DNA from: Patescibacteria group bacterium
GTDB taxonomy: Bacteria; Patescibacteriota; Patescibacteriia; UBA9934; GWF2-40-263
NCBI GenBank assembly: GCA_038065075.1
Contig: JBBTRQ010000011.1
Coordinates: 5,924 to 69,923, forward strand
Direction of reading: 5' to 3'
DNA: 64,000 bases
Shown one piece after another: positions 57,928-64,000 of this stretch. Within the stretch, counting starts at the first letter, position 1, and each line of letters starts with the position of its first letter. Both the position numbers and the translations under genes were made by a program. Below the pieces are notes generated by a model. It saw nothing but the letters and a program-made list of their open reading frames with translations. It was not told where the DNA came from and made no database searches.

Positions 57928-59883
57928 ATGGAAGCGTTGCACGGTATGAAACACACATCACATCTTTTGGAACGGTTCGCTCATTGGGGGATTTCTGCGC
58001 TGTTGGCTACCCCGTTGTTGTTTTCCAATAGCTTCCTGTTTCCCGCGATGGCTCCCAAGTTGTTGTGGTTTTTTTTTGTTTCTGAGGTGACGTTCGTGTT
58101 GTGTGTGTGGTTGTGGAGGGTCAAACCATCGTCGCCGCCAAGAACATCGCTTCCGCTTGTCCTCTTTTTTATCTTTCTTGTCGTTCTCGCTCTCTCTGCC
58201 GTGCTTGGGGTGTATCCGCTCAATAGTTTTTGGGGCAGTTTGGAGACGAACACGAGCGTCCTTGTTTGGATTCACCTGGGTCTGGTACTCGTGAGTCTCC
58301 TCACTGTTGCGAAGACACCGCAGGCGTGGACCAACATCGCGGTTGTTGCGACCGTCATTGGCCTGAGTGTCTCCGTCTTGCATCTGACTTCTTTTGCCCC
58401 TGAGACTTCTGTTATCGGGTTTAATAGCGGTTCAACGTTGGGGAATTCAGGTTTCCTGGGGACGTATCTCTTGTTCTCGCTTTTTTTTGCTGCCTTCTTG
58501 ACCCTGTGTGTCGCCGCCCGGGCACGGATGTTGGGAATGGTCGCCGTTGCCGTCTTCTTGTACACGTTATTTTCTAGCGATGCCGCCGCCGCTTCCATCG
58601 GTGCATTGGGAGGTTTGTTGTTGTTTGCTTCGCTTTTGCTGTGCGCGTCTAAAGACAAGCATCGGCGATCCTTGGGACTTGCCGTGATTTTTTTCCTTGG
58701 TGCCGCCTTTGTGAGTGCGGCTTGGCTTGCGATTCATGACGGGAATGCGGTGCACGCGTGGATTTTGGAGCACAGTTCCGGTTCTCGGTTCGTGGTTGCC
58801 AAGATCGCTTGGGGATCGTTTTTGGAGCATCCCATTCTTGGTTGGGGTCCAGAGAATTTTCGTTTCGCGTTCCTCTCCCATTTTGCCCCTTGTTTTGGTG
58901 GAGAGTACTGCGGGGGGAACATTCTCTTTGACCGCGCCCATAACGTCTTTCTGGATATCCTTGTGACCGTTGGGTTGGTTGGGCTCGTTGCCTATGCGGC
59001 GTTGTGGGTCGGGATGTTCTCTTATCTTTGGCAGGTATTTAGACGCAATGCGATATCCATCCGTGCCGCCGCACTTGTCGTGAGCGTATTGGCCGCCTAT
59101 TTCGTCCAGAATCTGACTACCTTTGATACGGTCGTCTCGCTTCTCTTTTTCGTCTTCGTATACGCGTTCGTCGCCAGCCACACACATGAGCCTGTGTCTG
59201 ATACGAGGATCAACATTGTTGCTCCGGCGCTTGTCACGATCCTCTTGCCCGTATGCCTGTTTTTCTTTGTGGTTGAACCTCTGCGCGGTGTCATGAACGT
59301 GAAAGTTGCCGCGACGAGTCTCAATTCAATTGTGCGCTTTGGCGCCTACCAAACGGCTGTGACTGTTTCGCCGTTGGGCAGGGATGTCCGCCGCAACTTT
59401 CTTGCGCTTCAGACAGCAAACCTCTTGTGGGGATATGACCCTGTTGCCCAAGCGGACGTCGTGGCAAAGCTCAAGCCGTACTTCGTGGAGGAAATCGCTC
59501 TTGCCAAAGACACCCTTGGCGATACACTATCGCGTTCGCCCGATGACCTACGGGGGTACCTCTACCTGCTTAAACTCCTCCAGGTGCAAGGTCGCCTGTA
59601 CGATCAAGACGCATTTGTGCAGGCAGGGCTTGTCTTGGATGAGGCTCGAGCCCGCAACCCAAACCAAACGATTTTTCTTTGGGTAGGCGTCGCCCTTCGT
59701 TTAGAGCAAGGGGATCAAACGGGGGCTATCGAGATCGCCAAAGAGGCAATTGCGCTTGCTCCAGACCACGAGACAACACAACGAAACCAAACATTGCTCG
59801 AGGCCTATCTTGATAAGGTTACATTCACAATCGCAACGCCCAGCGAGCTTACATACATATTGCTTCAGTTCTATTTAGATTGA
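57928..59883 (+). CDS. O-antigen ligase / O-OTase-like + TPR protein (paralog 1)
   Basis: STLGNS, SSGSRF, LGWGPENF, FDRAHN. Confidence 0.85.
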   Translation: MEALHGMKHTSHLLERFAHWGISALLATPLLFSNSFLFPAMAPKLLWFFFVSEVTFVLCVWLWRVKPSSPPRTSLPLVLFFIFLVVLALSAVLGVYPLNSFWGSLETNTSVLVWIHLGLVLVSLLTVAKTPQAWTNIAVVATVIGLSVSVLHLTSFAPETSVIGFNSGSTLGNSGFLGTYLLFSLFFAAFLTLCVAARARMLGMVAVAVFLYTLFSSDAAAASIGALGGLLLFASLLLCASKDKHRRSLGLAVIFFLGAAFVSAAWLAIHDGNAVHAWILEHSSGSRFVVAKIAWGSFLEHPILGWGPENFRFAFLSHFAPCFGGEYCGGNILFDRAHNVFLDILVTVGLVGLVAYAALWVGMFSYLWQVFRRNAISIRAAALVVSVLAAYFVQNLTTFDTVVSLLFFVFVYAFVASHTHEPVSDTRINIVAPALVTILLPVCLFFFVVEPLRGVMNVKVAATSLNSIVRFGAYQTAVTVSPLGRDVRRNFLALQTANLLWGYDPVAQADVVAKLKPYFVEEIALAKDTLGDTLSRSPDDLRGYLYLLKLLQVQGRLYDQDAFVQAGLVLDEARARNPNQTIFLWVGVALRLEQGDQTGAIEIAKEAIALAPDHETTQRNQTLLEAYLDKVTFTIATPSELTYILLQFYLD

Positions 59884-59888
59884 CGTTC

Positions 59889-61862
59889 ATGCCCCGTCGC
59901 ATCTGCCAATGGCTTTTATACTCACTTACCCTAACCCCGCTCTTGGTTTGGAAGGGGTTGTATTATGAGTTCACGACAACAGAAGCCTTTTTTGTCATGG
60001 GGGTCGTGGAGGTGATGGTGCTGTGTTTTATTTGGGCGGCCTATAAAGATCCGCAGGTAAGACCAAGGCTCGGCCTGGTCGGGAAAGCCTTCCTCGTATT
60101 CGTGGCTATCCTTGTGCTTGCGTCGGCCTTTGGGGTGGATCCAACGCTCAGCTTCTGGTCGAGCTTTGACCGTCTCACGGGCGTTGTCTTTTGGTTTCAT
60201 CTCTCGGCACTGTTTGTTGTGGGCAGTGGGATTCTTCGCACATCAGAAGATTGGCGCAGGTTGTTCTTTTGCTCAACCTTCGTGGGATTTTTCGTTTCTG
60301 TATTCCATCTTCTTTCCTTCGCGGGATTTGATGGTGTGTGGCTCGTCAACCGTAGCGCCACCATTGGCAACTCGACTTTCTTTGCGGTGTACATTCTGTT
60401 CCAATTAGCTTTTTCTTTGCTCATTCTCGTCCGCGCGTCCGGAATATGGCGAGCCTATGCCATTTTTGTCGCCATTGTTTTCGCCATGGCGATTTACACA
60501 AGCGAAGCGCAAGCGGTGATTCTCTCCTCGGTTGGGGGGCTGGTTCTCATTGTGGCTCTTATGGGAGTACGGCGAGGAAAGGCGGCTCGTGTTGTGGGTA
60601 TATCGATCATTGCCGTGCTTGTGTTGGCATTTTTCGTCGGGCTTCTTGGGTTATTCCAACCTTCCTCCGCCGTCCGACAATGGTTGATAGAACATTCGTC
60701 CGGTTCCCGCTTTACCCTTTGGGAGATCGCCGGGAAGGGGATAGAGGATCGTCCGTTGCTTGGTTGGGGTTCAGAGAATTTCGGGTCGGTGTTTACCCAG
60801 TATTACAACCCCTGTTTTGGTTCGTTCGCCTGTGGGGCACAGAATTTGTTTGATCGGGCGCATAACAAGGTACTCGACGTCTTGGTCGAGACCGGCGTGG
60901 TTGGTCTTTTGGGATACCTCGCCATTTTTGTTGCGGCCATTTGGAGCCTCTGGCGGCGGAATTGGGAGCCTCGTGACGCGTTGATCCCCATGGTCGTGAC
61001 GGGCGCTCTGGCGGCATATGTTGTCCAAGATCTTGTGGCGTTGGATGTTCCACTGACGTTGCTGTTTTTGGTATTTTTACTTTTGTTCACAGACCAGACG
61101 GGAAGCACGGCCGTCTTGGCAGGAAAAAAACGACGATTCATGCCGATGGCTGTGCCTGTGTGTGTAACCATTTTTGTCCTTGTGGTTTTTTTCGTAAACG
61201 TAATCCAGCCCTTGCGCGCAAACCTCTCTGTGGCGCAGTGGTTTGAAGCGGATAGTGACACAGAACGCTTGGCGGCGCTTGACCGTGCGACAGGACTCTC
61301 CAAGGTTGGGATAGAGGATCGTCTTGCGTTCATGGCCAGACAAAGCGCTGGGAAACTCTGGATTGAGTCCATTAAGGGTGAGGCGATGACGGATGAGGCG
61401 GGTGAGGAGACGGTTCTTTTGTACGATCGACTTTTGGCGTTTGAGCAAACGCATTCACTGTCTTTATCCGTGCAAACTCAGTTGGGATTTGTTCTCCACA
61501 CCAGCGGAAAGTTTTTTGACGAGGACGCTTTCCAAGCGGCAGAGAACGTCCTGCAGGAAGCCATCGATCGCTACCCCAACCACCCACAGCCACGATGGGC
61601 GCTGGCCTCCGTGTACCTTGAACAGGGGAAGATGGAGCAAGCCATAGCCATAACCCAAGCGGCGTTTGACCTGGACCCCGCAGTCGTAGAGTCCCATATT
61701 CAGCGGCTCATTGCCGTAAAGTTTTCGCAAAATCAAGAGTTGTTTATGCGCTATGTCCAGGAGGCCATGGCTCTTTCTCCTGAGTCGGAAGCAGAAATCC
61801 GTCTCATTTACGAGGCGGATCTTGCACGCAAACGGGATCAGCTTTTATTTGAACTCTATTAA
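59889..61862 (+). CDS. O-antigen ligase / O-OTase-like + TPR protein (paralog 2)
   Basis: ATIGNS, SSGSRF.LW, LGWGSENF, FDRAHN. Confidence 0.85.
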   Translation: MPRRICQWLLYSLTLTPLLVWKGLYYEFTTTEAFFVMGVVEVMVLCFIWAAYKDPQVRPRLGLVGKAFLVFVAILVLASAFGVDPTLSFWSSFDRLTGVVFWFHLSALFVVGSGILRTSEDWRRLFFCSTFVGFFVSVFHLLSFAGFDGVWLVNRSATIGNSTFFAVYILFQLAFSLLILVRASGIWRAYAIFVAIVFAMAIYTSEAQAVILSSVGGLVLIVALMGVRRGKAARVVGISIIAVLVLAFFVGLLGLFQPSSAVRQWLIEHSSGSRFTLWEIAGKGIEDRPLLGWGSENFGSVFTQYYNPCFGSFACGAQNLFDRAHNKVLDVLVETGVVGLLGYLAIFVAAIWSLWRRNWEPRDALIPMVVTGALAAYVVQDLVALDVPLTLLFLVFLLLFTDQTGSTAVLAGKKRRFMPMAVPVCVTIFVLVVFFVNVIQPLRANLSVAQWFEADSDTERLAALDRATGLSKVGIEDRLAFMARQSAGKLWIESIKGEAMTDEAGEETVLLYDRLLAFEQTHSLSLSVQTQLGFVLHTSGKFFDEDAFQAAENVLQEAIDRYPNHPQPRWALASVYLEQGKMEQAIAITQAAFDLDPAVVESHIQRLIAVKFSQNQELFMRYVQEAMALSPESEAEIRLIYEADLARKRDQLLFELY

Positions 61863-63856
61863 CGGTGGAACAGTGTCAGGAGTTCCTGGGACTGTGTGGA
61901 AATGTCTGCTGTCCTCAGTTCATCGATGTCTGCTTTCAAGGCAGGAACGGCGAGGAGCGCTTTTTTGGCGAGATCCTCAAACGCGGCCTCGTCATCCATC
62001 CATTTGAGTACGAGGAGTTGGTAGTTATAAGCCTGGGGGGAGAATGGGGATGCAGAAAGCACATCCTGCGTGAGAGCGAGAGCCTCATCAGCTCTCCCCA
62101 TATCAAGATACACACCCGCGAGCGTCCATTTAGGTTGCGGGATCAGTGGGTAGAGGTCGATGGCTTCAAGCAAAACGGCCTCTGCTTTTTCAAATCCGGC
62201 TGGATTGAAGAAATGGCCTTCCGTTTGCTCCATGATGCCCAGGGCGATGTGGGCGCGTAGCTCTTGGCTTTTGTGAGTGAGGCTTTCTTTCAGACCTGCT
62301 TGTGCCATTCCTAATTCTATTCGTGCCGCCGACTCAATATCCTTGAGTCGCTCAGGAGCGATGTTCCAGAACACACGCTCCGTCTGGGCTGAGAGCCATG
62401 CCCGGCGCATGTCTCTCCCAAGAGGAGAGAGAGTTGTCGCTCGCTCGTAAGCTTCAACCCTCTCTTGGAGCGACGTGGCATTGAGGGTTTGTGCAAAGGC
62501 CAGATTACCGCGAACGGGTTGGATGACAAAGAAGAAGAGGAGGAATGGAAGGAAAATCGTTGCGAAAGATGGGACGAGGGCGGACAAAGGAGTTCGTTTT
62601 TCGGTCGGGGGTCTGTTAAGGGTGCTTCCAAATGCGAGAATCAGAGTCCAAAATAAGAGGCTTGTGTTTGTGTCCAAGACAGTGAGGTTTTGGACGAAAT
62701 AGGTCGCGAGAGCCGAGACGAACACAACGAACGTGAAAGGCGTGATGCGGCGATTTTTTCTTGCCGTGTTAAGTGCGTAGAGCGTGGCCACAAAGAGACT
62801 CAGGTAAATGGAGAGGCCCACGACCCCCGATTCAATCCACACGTCCAACACCTTGTTGTGTGCGCGGTCGAACCACATTTCAAATCCACACGCCTGAGAT
62901 CCCAAGCAAGCGTCGTAGTATTTAAGTGAGACGGTGCCAAAATTTTCTAGACCCCAACCGAGCACGGGTCGTTCCCGGATGCCTTTCCAAGCCATGTCCC
63001 ACAAGGCGAATCGGGATCCTGAAGAGAGGTCGATGAAGGTGCGGTGGAGGAAACTGTCTGGCACGAAGATTAACGTGCTCGTTGCCAAGAAAGATACAAT
63101 GAGGGCTCCCAATACAAACCACCCAATTATTCGCTTCCACCTTTGAGCCGTCAAGATCAGGAGAAGAGACACAAGCAAAATGATACCGCCCAGTAAGCTG
63201 TATTGTACAGCGACCGCACTGATAGTCCTTAACGTAAAGAAAAAGAAAGCGGCAAACATGATCCACACAAGCCGGCGACTCGTTTTGATCTGTTCGCCCG
63301 CGACATAGAGCGCAAAAAAGAAATGGAAGAGAAGGTACACGGCAAGGAAGGAAGAGTTCCCAAATGTGGATCCACCATGTGCTTCGGGGATCAAGGAATC
63401 TCCTCCAAGTGAAAAGAGATGGACGAGAGCAACGGCCAGGGCAACGAGAGTCGAGAAGGAAAAAAACTGTACCCAATCGCTCTGGGAACGCAGGATGTTT
63501 ACGGCCAGAAAAAAGACCAAAACAAGATGCAACCACGTAAGGACACCGCCCATGCGATCCAGGCTCCCCCAAAAGCTATAAGCGGGATTCACTCCAGTGA
63601 GGGAGGTGAGAATGAGGACGCTCAGGTAAAGCAGGACAAGTTTTCCGATAGGGGAGAGAGGAGCCCGCACAAGAGACGTGCGAGATTTAAACCACAAGAA
63701 ACACACGAGAGACAGTTCGCTTAATGCGTACAAGGCATACGTTTTGGGTGTTGTGTGGAGGAATAGGAGTTTGCTCCAGTACAAGACTGGGATGAGCAAG
63801 AGAGCGAACAAGAACAGTCGAGATGCTTTCAAGAGAGGATCGTCGTGGGTCTGCAT
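61859..63856 (-). CDS. O-antigen ligase / O-OTase-like + TPR protein (paralog 3, convergent)
   Basis: STFGNS, SSGSRF.LW, LGWGLENF, FDRAHN. Confidence 0.85.
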   Translation of the reverse strand: MQTHDDPLLKASRLFLFALLLIPVLYWSKLLFLHTTPKTYALYALSELSLVCFLWFKSRTSLVRAPLSPIGKLVLLYLSVLILTSLTGVNPAYSFWGSLDRMGGVLTWLHLVLVFFLAVNILRSQSDWVQFFSFSTLVALAVALVHLFSLGGDSLIPEAHGGSTFGNSSFLAVYLLFHFFFALYVAGEQIKTSRRLVWIMFAAFFFFTLRTISAVAVQYSLLGGIILLVSLLLILTAQRWKRIIGWFVLGALIVSFLATSTLIFVPDSFLHRTFIDLSSGSRFALWDMAWKGIRERPVLGWGLENFGTVSLKYYDACLGSQACGFEMWFDRAHNKVLDVWIESGVVGLSIYLSLFVATLYALNTARKNRRITPFTFVVFVSALATYFVQNLTVLDTNTSLLFWTLILAFGSTLNRPPTEKRTPLSALVPSFATIFLPFLLFFFVIQPVRGNLAFAQTLNATSLQERVEAYERATTLSPLGRDMRRAWLSAQTERVFWNIAPERLKDIESAARIELGMAQAGLKESLTHKSQELRAHIALGIMEQTEGHFFNPAGFEKAEAVLLEAIDLYPLIPQPKWTLAGVYLDMGRADEALALTQDVLSASPFSPQAYNYQLLVLKWMDDEAAFEDLAKKALLAVPALKADIDELRTADISTQSQELLTLFHR

Positions 63857-64000
63857 ACTTTGTCTATTGTAAAGATCGCGATAAGATACTGCAATAAGAT
63901 CAACGTCGAAGTATGGGTTTTCTTTTTAGAAAATTGTCTCTGCTTTTGGGGGACATTCTGCTTTTATATGGCTCGCTTTTTTTAGCTTTGTTTGTTGGTT

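Noticed and set aside
1-64000. CRISPR array, rRNA, IS transposase
   Set aside because: No regularly spaced repeat-spacer series, rRNA-like sequence or transposase ORF seen by eye.

Overview
Bacterial chromosome segment in standard code 11. Gene content suggests Patescibacteria/CPR (inference): Cys-rich pilin-like protein, orphan TM-anchored solute-binding protein beside secG, and repeated O-antigen-ligase/TPR genes. It has four parts. (1) 1-11.2 kb, housekeeping: rnj, tRNA-Leu, SBP, secG, DsbA-like, pilin-like, uvrA, surface protein. (2) ~11.55-26.1 kb, a ~14.5 kb integrated element between two paralogous surface-protein genes. It carries a large serine recombinase, a LexA/CI-like repressor, a GIY-YIG/DUF2188 mini-operon, a structured non-coding region, ParB-methylase, TerS and TerL, but no portal, capsid, tail or replication genes. 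Its defence cargo is an OLD-like nuclease and a type I RM operon ending in a PIN gene. (3) 26.6-32.9 kb, housekeeping: rplS, gmk, RluA-family, a rare tRNA-Ile(UAU), tRNA-Val, CCA-adding enzyme. (4) 32.9-63.9 kb, a ~31 kb surface-glycan locus with four O-antigen-ligase/TPR paralogs, GTs, six SAM methyltransferases, gmd and an ABC flippase. Within it, a DAHP-synthase-like and a shikimate-dehydrogenase-like gene with altered substrate-binding motifs lie next to a CMP-ulosonate synthetase, suggesting an undescribed ulosonic-acid sugar pathway. Several palindromic repeat families occur; two copies lie in-frame within genes and one is nested inside another repeat. All calls come from motif recognition by eye; no searches were run.
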